Shown: positions 48,520-61,257 of the stretch, piece by piece
Position numbering within the stretch: the stretch's first letter is position 1
Layout of the letters: the number at the start of each line of letters is the position of its first letter
Source: Leptogorgia sarmentosa
Taxonomy: Eukaryota
DNA: 64,000 nucleotides
Reading direction: 5' to 3'
Assembly: GCA_964658305.1 (NCBI GenBank)
Contig: OZ210885.1
Coordinates: 12,028,001-12,092,000, forward strand
Program-made: the position numbers and the translations under genes
The notes under the pieces: generated by a model
The model's database searches: none
Seen by the model: only the letters and a program-made list of their open reading frames with translations
Told to the model about the DNA's origin: nothing

Positions 48520-49870
48520 GTTTGAGGAACTTTTGATGTTTCATTTAACAGTCGTTGAATAAGTAGGAAGACGCTCTTCAAATTAATATAAGACATGTTT
48601 CCAATGCGAGCGAGTGCAAATTTTCAGCGTGGGAACGCAATCTGCGCTTTTTTTCGATAATGCTGTTTTTATGAGTTTTGCTTTACCCGTTAAACGTTCC
48701 AAGTCAAACATGTGCATACTTTTTGGGGACACGTTTGCAATAGAATACTTAGAACGAAGCGTGTACTGATAAATAAAACACACTACATATCAATTACTGA
48801 TAAATAAAATACTCTTTTACGGGGAAAAAAACTAGCCCAAGGGGCTGGGACACCCCATTAAGCAAAACAATTTAGCCATTCTCATAGGCAAGATAAACCT
48901 AAATGTTGATAAATAACAATTATTTTCCCTTGCAAAATTGCTATTGAGGTTCCACCGTTGAACTACAAATTTCTGAAAAGTTTACAAACTAGGAAACTTG
49001 CATATCAAATTTCAAAAGACCTTATGTATAATGTCGTCACAAGAATTTTAGCTCGTATTCGACTTTACATCTGTGTCGACCAAACATTGGAATATTTCGT
49101 CCTCACAGTGAGGTAAAAATTATTCGATGGCAATTCGAAAATTTTGAGAAAAAAGGGCCAATTTATAAGAGAGGAAAAAATAGGTACGCACAATTCACAT
49201 GCGGGTAGCCCGTCAAAGATCGGCGAAGCAATTTCCCTTTTCCTGAAATCCCAACCATTAAAGTCAGGAAAATATTGATAAAGCTCAGACGGTTGAGCAC
49301 CCGGGCGTGCGTTGCAGTTCAAACAAACCAAGTCCACAGAGTTTCAGTCTTCTCTCTTCAGCTAGCAACAATGCGTAGTTTCTGTCCCGAGGATTCTTGA
49401 CTTGCTCAGTAATTGCCTTCAAGTTCTCCTTCAGTAATTCTATTTAATTTGGGAATTAACTGTTTAAGCGACTGGCTTCGGTTTCTAACCTTTGCTGGGC
49501 GAGAGTTGGATATAACTCCATCGTTTATCGACTAGAGCACTCCAAGTATAGAACGACTGTCTTTAAACTTCAGGACATCAGACCGTAGTTGATTCTTTTC
49601 AGTTTTCGAGCTTAGTTCACCCCACGCTAGTTATACGCTTCGTCACCTTTTTTTCATTCAAGAACTAACAATTTTACTTTACTCTTCTCGGCTAAGATTG
49701 TTTTTAATCACCTCTATACACGCTTTCAATTCCAACTAATTCTTCTCGAATCCTTGCGTGACCCTGCCCTCTTTACTTGTCAGGTCGTCCACAGCACTAC
49801 GAACTCTGTCCTCGGCTCATTATTTTGTCTCATTAATTTACATACTCATCTTAATCTCTAATCTTATAAA

Positions 49871-50668
49871 TATACATGAAAAAAATTCTCGAATCTGATT
49901 GGCTGAGAGCAGTGCAATTTTAAGGAAATACAGTGCCAAAAAAAGGAGATTCAGTCCCAAAAAAAGAAATTCAGTGCAAATTTCTTCAGATGTTTATGCC
50001 TTCTGATTGGCTGAGATTACAAAGCTAGCCAATCAGATTAAGCCTTCTCTGGCGAACAATAACAAAATATGAAATTATTCGAGGATGAAAAAATGGCTGC
50101 CTCCTTGGGTAGATTCTTTTAGGAACAGACAAATGATAGAGGGGCTTAAAAATAGTTCGAAAAATGAAAATACCACCAAAGATATCTAGTCCTGCGGTTG
50201 ATTGTGCGGAGAAAATGGTGCATTGAAAAGGAAATACAGCGCGAGATACAAAATATTCCGCAAGAGGTGTTAGATTATATATTTTGCTCGATTGTTTTTA
50301 TGCTGAACAAAAACTGTGAATTAAGAAAGAAACAGCGATGAATATGAACCAGACACTTAAAAGTGATATTAACAGCAGTCGATGTTGACAACCTTTTTAT
50401 AATACAAGACAGAGATTTCTCTTCGTTCAAGCAAGTGCTCGATGGACAAGCAAAACATCTCCGTATATTAGCGGCAGAGCAAAGCGAGACAAGTATATTC
50501 TATTTAAATTCTCATGCAATTTGGAAAAAACATACACTCATGAGCTTTTCAAAGACTTCAAATAGCACTCGTCCTTTGGAATCGTGCAATTTTGAATGTC
50601 TTTGAAAAACTTACTCCTGCATGTTTTTCCAAATTGCACTCGAAACCATACTATTACCTATACTAATA
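49871..50668 (+). mobile_element. Decayed Crypton/DUF3504-like element with terminal hairpin
   Basis: Starts TATACATG...AATCTGATTGGCTGAGAG. Relic coding LKNSSKNENTTK ... FYAE ... DEYEPD. Long imperfect hairpin at 50517-50638. Confidence 0.6.
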
Positions 50669-50788
50669 ACGTTAGATTATAACTATTATTACATCACACA
50701 CCTTAAACCGCTTTGTGAAGTTGAGAGTGATTTAAAATTTGTTTCACCCTGTAAATTGAATATTACTAAATCAATTTTATCTATTCAG

Positions 50789-50972
50789 ATAAATCCAGTG
50801 ATGGACAAACTCGATAACATACAATCCAAAATGAAAGAGATTGAAAGGTCTGCAGCTGAGAAATTTGAACATCATTCAAGGGAGCTTAAACGTCTGGCGG
50901 AGAAAACAGATGAAATCGAATGTCGTCAGAAAAAGCCGTGGACGGAGCATTCAGATTTTGCAGAGAAAAAAG
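50789..50972 (+). CDS. STAND gene: coiled-coil exon
   Basis: TTCAG acceptor (phase 0), INPVMDKLDNIQSKMKEIERSAAEKF..., G|GTAGT donor (phase 1). Confidence 0.75.
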
Positions 50973-51432
50973 GTAGTGTTTCAATTAACTAGGAAAGATG
51001 GGAAACTATTTATACAGAATATATTATGCAGGAAAATTTACCGAGTATCATGCAGCCATTCAATTTTCGAAATTTGTCCCCCACGAACCTTCCCGGTCTT
51101 CAACGTTCTGTTTCTAAGAATTTCTTGTAGGAAAATATCTCGTTAGAGTAAACGGCAACAGGAATACAACATGTCTTCTAACACTTCCCAGATTTAGTGG
51201 GAATCCGAAAGCATTGGCAGTGCAGTACGCGCTGTCGCACTCATCATCACTAAAAATGAATTTTAATGTTGGGCGGGTTAACTGCGTAGGTCACAACCAA
51301 ATAAAAAACGCTCGTGAAAAGTTGACGCAGCTCAATTGCGACAAGAATGCTTAAATGTTGCTCATAGTAGTTAAATGCTTCTTCTTTTGATTTAAGTCCT
51401 AAAATGCTTCGTTAATAGGAGATTCAATATAG

Positions 51433-51809
51433 CCAATGTTGAAAGTCAAGTTGTCAAGTTGCGAACTGTGGTAGAAAAATCTTCTGAAAAATTAACTAAA
51501 TTTGTATTTAATGGAAAGATTGACCAGCTTATTCGAAAATTTCAAGAAGGGACCAGACAATGGTTCTTTGACGACTTTGAAAAACGGCTTCACGATACGA
51601 AATCGAGAGTTATGATCCTAAATGGAGGTCCCGGCGTTGGGAAAAGTGTTCTGTCGGCAAAGTTATGTAACTTGTATGAAGAGACTGGTCAGCTTGCTGG
51701 TTGCCACTTCTGTGACTTTAGAGGCTCTGATTGCCGAGATGTCACTATTCGTTTGCACTACTTTCTAAAAATCCATGCTGTAAATGATGTTTATAGCTAT
51801 ATTCTATAG
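51433..51809 (+). pseudogene. Truncated NACHT (HET-E/nephrocystin-3 N-terminal type) exon
   Basis: KFQEGTRQWFF...SRVMILNGGPGVGKSVLSAKLC...GCHFCDF. Similarity stops at about 51740, before Walker B, and the frame ends in a stop at 51809. Confidence 0.75.
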
Positions 51810-52414
51810 CATGATTTGAAAGCTTCAACTGAAATGGACGTTGCGCGATATATACAATGAAACGTAGGCTGTCCAGAAGCCGAATCATACCCTAGAATGT
51901 CTAATTCTTATTTGTATAGCCACATATTAGCATGGTTTCGAATGCAATTTCGATATAGTATTCACGAATGACCTCGATGATTAGGAATGGTAGTTTGATA
52001 TTACATATCTGTATATCACCACTGCACCCAGTGGACAGCACTTCAAAATCATACCGTACTCCAAGTTCTCTCACCCTGCAGTACAGGTGGTGAGGAAACA
52101 CTGTACCAATTAGCACCTTCTGCGCGCGCACGCATAAACTTCCGAACAGGAACAGCCACAAACTTCTCATCAATAATTGTAATGCACACTATAAATAGCT
52201 TTTCTTGGGAAATTTTAAATAAAGTTTAGACTCACTTCAGTAACCACATGTAGCAAGAGATTTTACTGCCTGAGCGACGTAAAATTAATATTTAACGAAA
52301 TTAATGTTCAAAGGTGAAATTAGGCAAATATGCATTCTGGTATACACAATTATTTGAAGCGTGCAGCAGAGTGATTTCAAAATTATCATCTATATTTTTT
52401 ATTCGATATTCTAG

Positions 52415-52746
52415 TTCCGTATGGATTACGCAATCTACCTCCTCACATGGTAGAACGGCCATCAGAAGTAACCGAGATATTGGAGTTACTCAAGCAGGGA
52501 AATAAAGTGGGTGTTGTTGGACGTCATGGTGGCGACGTTGGTATCCGTGGAATGGGAGGCCTCGGTAAGACGGTGTTAGCCCAAGCTGTTGCCTGGGAAG
52601 TCTCAAAATCTCGTCAAGTTGTCTGGCTTGACATTGGTCAAACACCTGATCGCTTGAAACTGATTAACACCCTCGTCAGAGTCCTTGGTGGAGATGTGTC
52701 GTTCAGTGATATTGTTGCAGCGCAATCTTGGTTAAGAAAATACACG
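52415..52746 (+). CDS. STAND gene: NB-ARC exon 1 (Walker A)
   Basis: Phase-1 acceptor; VERPSEV, GIRGMGGLGKT and VVWLDIG; donor ACG|GTATGT. Confidence 0.9.
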
Positions 52747-53683
52747 GTATGTATGCTGTGCTATATTTGATGTTTGTGAGAAAATGTGATAGGGCTATTT
52801 TCATGGTATAGGGACGATTTTTAATGGGATGTAGCTCGAATAGCCAACTTGCACGAATACAGAAAAAGATATCCGGTACAGCGTTAGTAAACATAAATTA
52901 AAGCGACGTTAAATGTAGAAGTCTGATGTTAGATGGACGTTAAAGCTAGAATAGTTGCAATTCTTCCAAGTCTTTTCTTTCACGACCACTTGTCCAGGCT
53001 GTAAGCTTTATTACTTGTCTTAAATTTTTGTGTTTAGCATTTTAACTCGGCTTCGCCTCGTTCAGTATTGAAAATTTCTCGTGCGTTGTACAGCCAGCTC
53101 TTGCAAGCATTTGTAAACAAAGCACAATTCTTAACTCGCATATTCTTGGGAAACTAAAATAATGTAGACGACTGATGTGGCTTGACTGAATATTATATTT
53201 CAAATTCAAATTTTCCAATAAAAGTTATTAATTTAATCACATCAAAAATATATTGGTCGAAGTATTTCCTTCATGCAGTGATGATATTTCCCTGGGGCTA
53301 AAGCCCTCAAGACTTCACGAATTCACAGATTATATGTAGCCCGTGCTTCGGGTCTATAAATGATAAATATTACCTCTACTTCATTCATCTCATGCATTGG
53401 TGGTGAGATGATGGCAGTTGAGACTCTTTTACACTTGCAATTTTTGCAGCTATTTCTAGACGGACGTTCATGTGAGAAATAATAAAATCAAAACGTTCGT
53501 CATAAATCCACCTGTGAACATGTGCCTCACATATCAGAAAGGCCAGAAAATCCCACAGAAAAGTGCAGGCAAAATTGCAAGCGAACCTTTGAAGGGCTTG
53601 GCTAGTAAAAGTTGTAAATTTTACCAACCTTTGAATGCATTTAACAGATACGGTTTCTGATCTAGTTTTCAACTCATTTTTAG

Positions 53684-54323
53684 ATTGATAAAGATTGTTT
53701 GGTTGTTGTTGATGATGTTTGGAAGGTGGATGACGCTGCTGTATTCAATTGCTTATCTGGCAAATGCCAATTATTAATAACAACTAGAGATGCTACTGTT
53801 CTCTGCGGTTCGGGAATTACCAAGTACGAACTTGTAATTATGCCACAAGATAAATCCCGAGGGCTCTTGTATCAGAGCGCTGGAATAAGTCCAGACGAAC
53901 AGTTAACGCCAAACTTACGGCGAATTATTGCAAGCCTGTTAGAGCAGTGTCGAGGTTTACCGCTGGCTCTGTCACTGGTGGGTTCAAATTTAACGGACAC
54001 TCGTGCGGAACAAGACTGGGAGGATATTTTAGATGATCTTAAAAATGCTGACCTGGAGAGAATCCGTTCATTATTTCCCAAAGTCGATTATCCTTATGAT
54101 AACCTCTTAGCAGTCATTGATGTGAGCTATCAACGCCTAGACGAAAGTGTACGCGAGATGTTTCTATATTTGGCTATATTTCCAGAGGATACAGATATAC
54201 CGTCAGATGTACTCGAGCTGCTGTGGTGTTCGATACAGAAGCAGAATGGAAAAACTTCGCGCAAACCTCAGAAACACAAAGATATACTTGCTGTGCTCGA
54301 GAGAAAGTCGCTGATCTTAAAAG
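53684..54323 (+). CDS. STAND gene: NB-ARC exon 2 (Walker B, sensor, GLPL, winged helix)
   Basis: LVVVDDVW, LLITTRD, CRGLPLAL, VSYQRL, LAIFPED and LERKSLI. Phase 0 in, phase 1 out. Confidence 0.92.
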
Positions 54324-54940
54324 GTATATATACATAGTTTTATATTTTGACAGTTTTGATCTGGGAATCCACCGAAAAATTTTTATATTTAGTGCGAAGT
54401 TCACTTTGCAGTATTGTCATTAGTCACGAAAATTTACAACATTCAGTGAACCAGTAATACAGGTTGCAAAGTGGATCGAGATTTCATCCTGGATTGACGG
54501 GAAAACTAAACCGAACAACGTGTGCGTGTCTTGACCGCGTATTTTCATTGCTTCAAGTCGATTTTGCATGTAAACACGAAGTGAATGTGAGTATGCTTGC
54601 ATCCAACTATAGACATCTAGTACAACCGTCAAGAATTCTTTTGAATGATATGAATGCTCTCATTAAGACTTCATTAACAGAAATATAAGGAGAAGGCGTA
54701 AGATAGAATGTTATCTAGGGCAAAAAATTCGTAAATAACTAGCTTGGCCCTGCATATATACGTACAATTTGGTCCGGACAAGATAACGTATATTCATGAG
54801 TCAGAAACCAATTACGTAAGCTGGTCGTTCTTAAATGATAACCTGGTTTATAGGCACACTAAAAAGTAGTATATAAATGTATTGTCATTCCGAAACAAGG
54901 ACTTTTTTTGTACCAAGAGATTTTCGGTCCAGGAAACTTA

Positions 54941-55065
54941 GACCGTTTCATCCGTCGAATTTTGGTGGCATCGAATGCAATTCAAACAATGGATAATGAG
55001 ATGACTTACGTCATTATCTATTGTTTGAATTGAATTCGATGCGACCAAAACTCGACGTATGGCCC
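54941..55065. mobile_element. Tourist-like palindromic MITE (copy 3, diverged)
   Basis: Shares the core TCGAATGCAATTCAAACAAT..ATAATGAG...CATTATCTATTGTTTGAATTG with copies 1 and 2. Confidence 0.8.
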
Positions 55066-56068
55066 TAACCCTCTCACAGACAACCTCTGTGTGTGGGGAA
55101 AAGAGATAATCCTATTGAAAATAGGGGACAATAAAGCCAGTCAATCGCATCCATCCGGATAATTCGTTGCTTTATCAGAGAAATCACAAACATAACACAA
55201 TTTCTTTGTTGTACTATACATTTTAGTGTTTGTAAACACATGCAGACATATGTTATTATAGGAAAACTATATATAGTAACAGAATAGTTTCTATAGAGAA
55301 CAGGTTCTAAAAGTTTGGTTGCAGCCTGGCTGATCTAGGTTTATTTTTATGGTGTTTATCCCTCCTGTAACGTCATGTCAATGCGGTAAAATTAAATCCA
55401 AGATGGCGCACAGCCTGACTGTTTCCGGTGGAAAAATTTCGAAAAGAAAACAATATATGTTTAAAATGCAAATAACTTACTAAACGATTTTAAACGTCCT
55501 TTCAAATGAGCGAAGAATATTTTCCGTTGCCACTTACCTTTGAATTGAACAAAAGACATTTTCAATCATGACGACCCTAGATCCTTTAAATCAACTTGTG
55601 TAATATGCCATCAATGTCGTCCTTGAAGAGCAATATTAATAAAAGCCAGTTCATGTTATTAGTAAATGTATTAACTAGGTCTGAATATAACTTTTTGGAG
55701 GATCCCATTATTGGGGTTTCTTCTCTGTGGGTTAGCCCTTCCTTCCATGCTCATGTATTATGTTCTTGTAATTTCAGTCTTTAATTATTGATGTTTTGTA
55801 ATAATAAGGCGAATCATGTAACTAAAAAAATATTGTTTGCTTTTTAGGAATTAGGAGTTTTTCCAAGACTACCAAGTCTACGTGTCTTTTTACAGATCTT
55901 GCATTATTCTTGGCTCACTATAGCCAGTAGTTATTCTTATTGTGACTAGGCCATTGCGGATTTACGAAAACTTGATAGCACAATTTCTTCTATACTCAAC
56001 GGCGATTTTGAGATTTGAAAAATTGTCCGCCTCTAGTACAAATTTCCTAACATTTCGACCAATTTCAG

Positions 56069-56491
56069 GGCCTGAACTCCACGGAAAGAAAAGCTATCGT
56101 GTCCATGACTTGCTTTTGGATTTTGCCCAGACAAAACTTCAAGACATGGGTACACTAAATGATGTTCAGGATAAGTTCGTAAAGACACTTCGTGGCCTGT
56201 GCGTGGATGGTGACTGGAATGATAACTCAACTACCTGCCAAAAAGACTATTATTTCAAGTACCTACCCTATCACATTTATTCTTCGGGACGACATGGTGA
56301 ACTACTTCAGTTGCTGTTTGATCTACACTGGCTCAAACAAAAAGTGAAACACGTCAACGTATTCTCTTTAATATCAGATTTTCGTTTTGTGGACACAGAA
56401 TCGGAGGAAATCCAACTTCTCAAATCCTCGTTAATGTTCTCTGCCGATGTCATCAACAAAAACCCAGATTCTATCTGTCCTCAACTCCTAG
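56069..56491 (+). CDS. STAND gene: MHD-like motif and APAF-1-type helical domain exon
   Basis: YRVHDLLLDF, YYFKYLPYH, LLFDLHWLKQKV, LISDF and PQLLG. Phase 1 in and out. Confidence 0.9.
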
Positions 56492-57377
56492 GTAATTCAA
56501 ATAATGAACTTAAATTTATCTCATTCTTCTATGATTTGTTTAAGTTGCCTCACTATTTAGTACAAAGTTTCGAAGAAATTTTGCAATATTTTGATGAGTG
56601 GCAAAAATTCACATCAGTCATTTATTCATAGTGTAAACCCGGGGGGGGGGGGGGGGGTGCTTCCCAATATCTTCCCATGTACAAACTCCATAATTGACTG
56701 ATATCCTTACAAATATTATGCAATTGTAGCTATAAATCGTTGATCATCATGGTTTGCAGATACTCTAATGAATAGGAAAGTAAGTTAGGTGAGTAATGTC
56801 ACTAATGTGACCTAAGAAGCCCACAAGTTAGAGTACACAATGCCGGAAAGCCCCTCCGGAATTTCAATTTTTGCAAAAAATGCAAACGCAGCATTCATTC
56901 GGGGCATTAAAATTTCTACACAACATGGCGAACGCTTAGAGTGGGGCCGTCAATCAGTGAAGTGGTTAACAATGTTTGACTACCACAAGGCCACAAAATG
57001 TAAACGCTGTTATTACAGCAAATGTAATCGTCGCATTACGTGCGTCTGCGCATGACGCAGTACCTCGTATCGCACGTGTAAAGCATGCTTTGGGTAATTC
57101 AAGGTGATTGGCTCAATAAATATGGAAATACACTCAGTTGAGTAAGTTGCCAAAGATCATAATAAAACCAGAACATGTGCACAACACGCTGCGTGTATTG
57201 AAAATAATTAGCTGGCTGATCGATACGAATCAATGTGGCTGTCGCACAACGTCATATTAGTCCGTGCCAACACACAAGGAGTTGTTCGTATACGATCGAA
57301 GAAAATGAAGTGCAAACCTTACGACATTTCTGAAAACCTCTTGACTCGTCAGTGAGCTGATTTTAAAAGTAAAAGGC

Positions 57378-57583
57378 GAGGAGATAGCCAACGTGTTATC
57401 GCCACTCCCTTCCCTTGCCAGCGAGCCTCATGTAATCGAGGAAAACGTCGAGGAGATAGCCAATGTGTTATCACCACTCCCTTCACTTGGCAGCGAGCCT
57501 TCTGTAATCGAGGAAAACGGCAAGGAGATAGCCAACGTGTTACTGCCACTCCCTTCCCTTGCCAGCGAGCCTTATGTAATGGA
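57378..57583. repeat. 72-bp tandem repeat, ~3 copies
   Basis: AGGAGATAGCCAA recurs near 57379, 57451 and 57523. It translates as a 24-aa repeat. Confidence 0.9.
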
Positions 57584-58199
57584 GAAACTATGCTAACTTA
57601 TCTGAAATTATGAAAAATTTATATATGAAACAATTACGCTTATGATACGCTTATTTGCATGAATCAAAGTTCAGATGACCTTGGGAATGTATCAAAGGTC
57701 AAATCACAAGTATTCAAAAGCAACATCCGATGATAGTTTACAGCTAAGTAACAATGATTATAATACTAATATAACAGGTGAACTTTTATCTACAAAAGTA
57801 GATCATGATGTATAAAACATTTGAGACATGCTAGGAAACGTGATCGTGAAACCGTCTAGACATTCCCATGAAAAGTTGGTTTGTTTAATGAGCACAAACA
57901 AGACAAAAGGCGTTGAATAAAAAGCTTAATAAAGCATTTCATTCCAAAATCATCATGTTGGCACAATTCGCTGTGTACAAGATACTGTAAATATGCATGT
58001 GATTCAAAAACCTGCAAATACAAACATGTGGCAATTTCTGAAGCCTATACAAAGTTTCATACAAAATATGATTGTCTTAAAAGGAGTTTGACAATTACCA
58101 ACACGCATACTACCAAAACAAGAAAACACAAGTTTATGTTTGTCAACAAACATATCAACAGCCATTGAATTATTTCATCAGAATAGTTATATATTATTG

Positions 58200-59950
58200 G
58201 ACCAATATATTGTTGGACCAGAATACATTTGTACATGTTGTGAGCAGTATAATACCAGTATCAGACTTATATAATGTTTCTTTGTGTAAGTCGTGTTTAA
58301 ACGAATTTCTCAATTTATGTATTACTTTTCTCAAAAGCATTGACAATACTGAAGTGATATGTACTACCTCCCGAACCTAAAAGCTATCTAACGTCCTACT
58401 TGTGATAAGGCGAATAAAATAAGTTACCAAGAAAACCCTGCTGTCTTAATGGATTTGACACCTCTCGAAGAAAGACTAATCTCACCAAGAATACCTTTTA
58501 TGCAAGTACGAGAACTTCCCAATTAAGTTCGAGGAGGCCAATTAAGTATTCATGGGAATGTAGGTAATGTACCTGATGATGTGAATTCTACTATAAGCGT
58601 TTTACAAAGACCAATTGATGAATCACACACAATTTCAATTAAATTAAAACGATCCCTTGGTACAAACACCATTATCAATTTCAGAATGCTATTAGTATAG
58701 CTGCAGAAGCAGCTCAATACTTAGTTCGTACCAGTGAAATCTTTACAAACGAAGGAATACAAGTAATGGGCAATTATGTATCAAATCAAGTGGATAATAA
58801 TAAAGAGAAGTGGTCAGAATTTATTTCCATGGATGGAATGGAAACTTCAGAAAATCTGAACGCTCACAGTCAAGAAGTAGTTGAGACAAATGCAAATAAA
58901 GGCTTGATTGATAATGATACAGATGATGAGTGATGTGCAGTGACTGAACGGTCATCAGGTCTTATGGATACATTATTACAAGAAACCGATATTACCCAAG
59001 ATGGTAACAGAATAATACGTTTTGCACCAGGAGGAGGAATTAGACCACGTGGTAAATTTGCAGACAAAGATTCTGAATTTCTTTTTTTCCACCATTAATT
59101 GTGGAAAACGTCAAGCTGAAAACTGTATAGCGCAGTGTGTGAATGGGAACTGCGAAGCAAAGATAGAAGAATCGCGCAGTCTGTGCCAAACATTTTTTAC
59201 AAACTAAAAAAGTACAGATCAGGCAAATTCAAGGAAGTGCAAGTTTATCATTGCGTAATGTGGTTCTGTTCATTTTTAGCTGTTCGTTTACATGCAGTGG
59301 ATTCATTTGACTAAAATTCTTGGTCGTCTTATAGACAATAAAGATTCTACTAACGACGAAATTAAACCACTGACATGGCAGAAGAAATCTGAACTGATAC
59401 AGAAAGATCCAGTCACATATGCAAGAAATTTTTTACATATGGTACAATTAATCATTCACAACTTTATTAAAAGCTCAAGTCATCCAGTTGGAGAAGTTGT
59501 TGACTTCTTCTATTTTATCGCGTTGAAATTTCGCAAAGAGGTTCTCCACATATCCACGGCTTATTCTGGATAAAAAATGCTCCTGATATTGCTGAGTTTA
59601 TCGATAGTTATGTTTCATGTAGATGCTGACTCAGATGATTTAACTGATCTCGTAAATTTACAAAGGCATAAACACTCTAAAACGTGTAAGAAGAGTGGTC
59701 AGGCTGTTTGCAGATTTAATTTTCCATTACCACCAATGCCAAAAACCATGATTTTTGAGCATTCATCTGAGACTGATCCTGACGAAAATGTCGCAGCTAC
59801 AGTACTGTATATATTAAAGAATGCTTTAGAACGAATACCTGAGTTATATAGACTCCATCAAGGCAGATGAAACAATGACATTAATTTTGTTGCTTTTTTT
59901 ATCAAACGCTAAGTCAATCAGAACAGCAGTATATAAAAGCTATAAGTATA
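58200..59950 (+). mobile_element. Decayed Helitron/Helentron Rep fragment in an intron
   Basis: TPLEERLISPRIPFMQVRELP, GGQLSIHGN, LIQKDPVTYARNF, the HUH region [25 protein letters not shown] and CRFNFPLPP. Many stops and frameshifts. Confidence 0.88.
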
Positions 59951-60641
59951 CCTGTTATGCAGTATTTCATCTGTACTTCAACTATCAATTGTCAGCCACC
60001 AATGATCAGATAAGAGAACTATAGCACGATCGTAAATATGTCTGTGATCTCAACTTCCCGAAAATGACTATATACAATTGAAGACTTGGAACCAAGAGTT
60101 TTTGAAGGCACGACCAAAGAAGGATTATTCTTCGCAGAGCTGAAGTCGATATTTATGGACTTTATGCATAACCGCACATGCTGCATATCTTTCCCGTCGT
60201 AAAGAAAATTGCTAACTTAATGAAGAACACATGCATACTATACTCTGTTAATCGTTGGTTCTGATGTTAATAATTGTAACTAGCAACTAAGCATGACAAC
60301 TGCTGGTATATAGCAGAATTAAGCCTTGTCAGTGTAACATATGCAGAAATAAATCATTTCACAAATACTCGTTCCGTTATCAAAAATAATTACTTCATTA
60401 AACATCATTTCAAAAATAATTACTTCTTTAACATCATTTCAACAATTGCAAAGCTTTCAAAAACGTTTTTTCCAGTGTCTCAGTTTCAAACTTTGATATT
60501 ACTTTATGTCCTTTTTATATTAATGTCACTGGAGGGGAACAAACATTTTGTTAAACAATCAAAAACCTCCTTTAGAAATTAGAAAAGAACTCATATGATG
60601 AATTGTAAGAACCTATTATGTTAATAATCAAGAAACAGATA

Positions 60642-60871
60642 TGCCGTGTGGCGCAAAAAAGTACATGTGTTTGATTACTTATAACTCAGAAACCATAAGC
60701 AGTAGAACCTTACATCCAGCGATGTCTAACTTAAATTTTGGTATATTCGACAGGCATTTTCGAAGAACAGACATCGCTGGATGCAATGAAACTTCATTTA
60801 GGGTTCCAGTGCCTATGGTTTTTGAGTTATGAGTAATCAAACAGTTGTACTTTTTATTGCGCCACTCGGCA
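60642..60871. mobile_element. Tc1/mariner-type MITE
   Basis: About 55-bp TIR TGCCGTGTGGCGCAAAAAAGTAC... / ...GTACTTTTTATTGCGCCACTCGGCA with TA flanks. Confidence 0.85.
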
Positions 60872-61011
60872 TATAGTATAATCAGATAGGCCCGTTAGCT
60901 GTTCAGTTTAAAATTTTCCCCGGTCAAAAATTGTCTTCATCTTTAAATGCTATTTTAAATTTTCCGAATTTGTTACGTGCGCTAATACTGTTGTGTATTT
61001 TTGTTTTCCAG

Positions 61012-61257
61012 GCAGACTGCTATCTTATGAAGAGTATCCGGGGATAAAGACGCTATTAGAGCAACTCCGTGCAACATGCACGGAGACTTGCCGTCTTATA
61101 CCGGAATTCTCATGTTTAGATCTTGGAGGCCCTGAGTTCTTTCGAAAAACGTTTGATTCCAGCGTATGCTCATTAGCGACGTGCAATACTTCATCCGCTA
61201 CTCTTGTAATTTGTGGTTTCTGGAATGGTTCAATCACAATCTTTGACCTTGATACAG
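61012..61257 (+). CDS. STAND gene: linker and first WD40 exon
   Basis: TTTTCCAG acceptor; GRLL...LIPEFSCL...ICGFWNGSITIFDLDTG. Phase 1 in and out. Confidence 0.88.

Noticed and set aside
49300..49830. Purine-rich minus-strand stretch resembling decayed coiled-coil coding sequence
   Set aside because: Multiple stops and no identifiable family.
51131..51147. Possible micro-exon GKYLVR after a TTTCTTGTAG acceptor
   Set aside because: The donor is weak and its exit phase (0) matches neither downstream acceptor.
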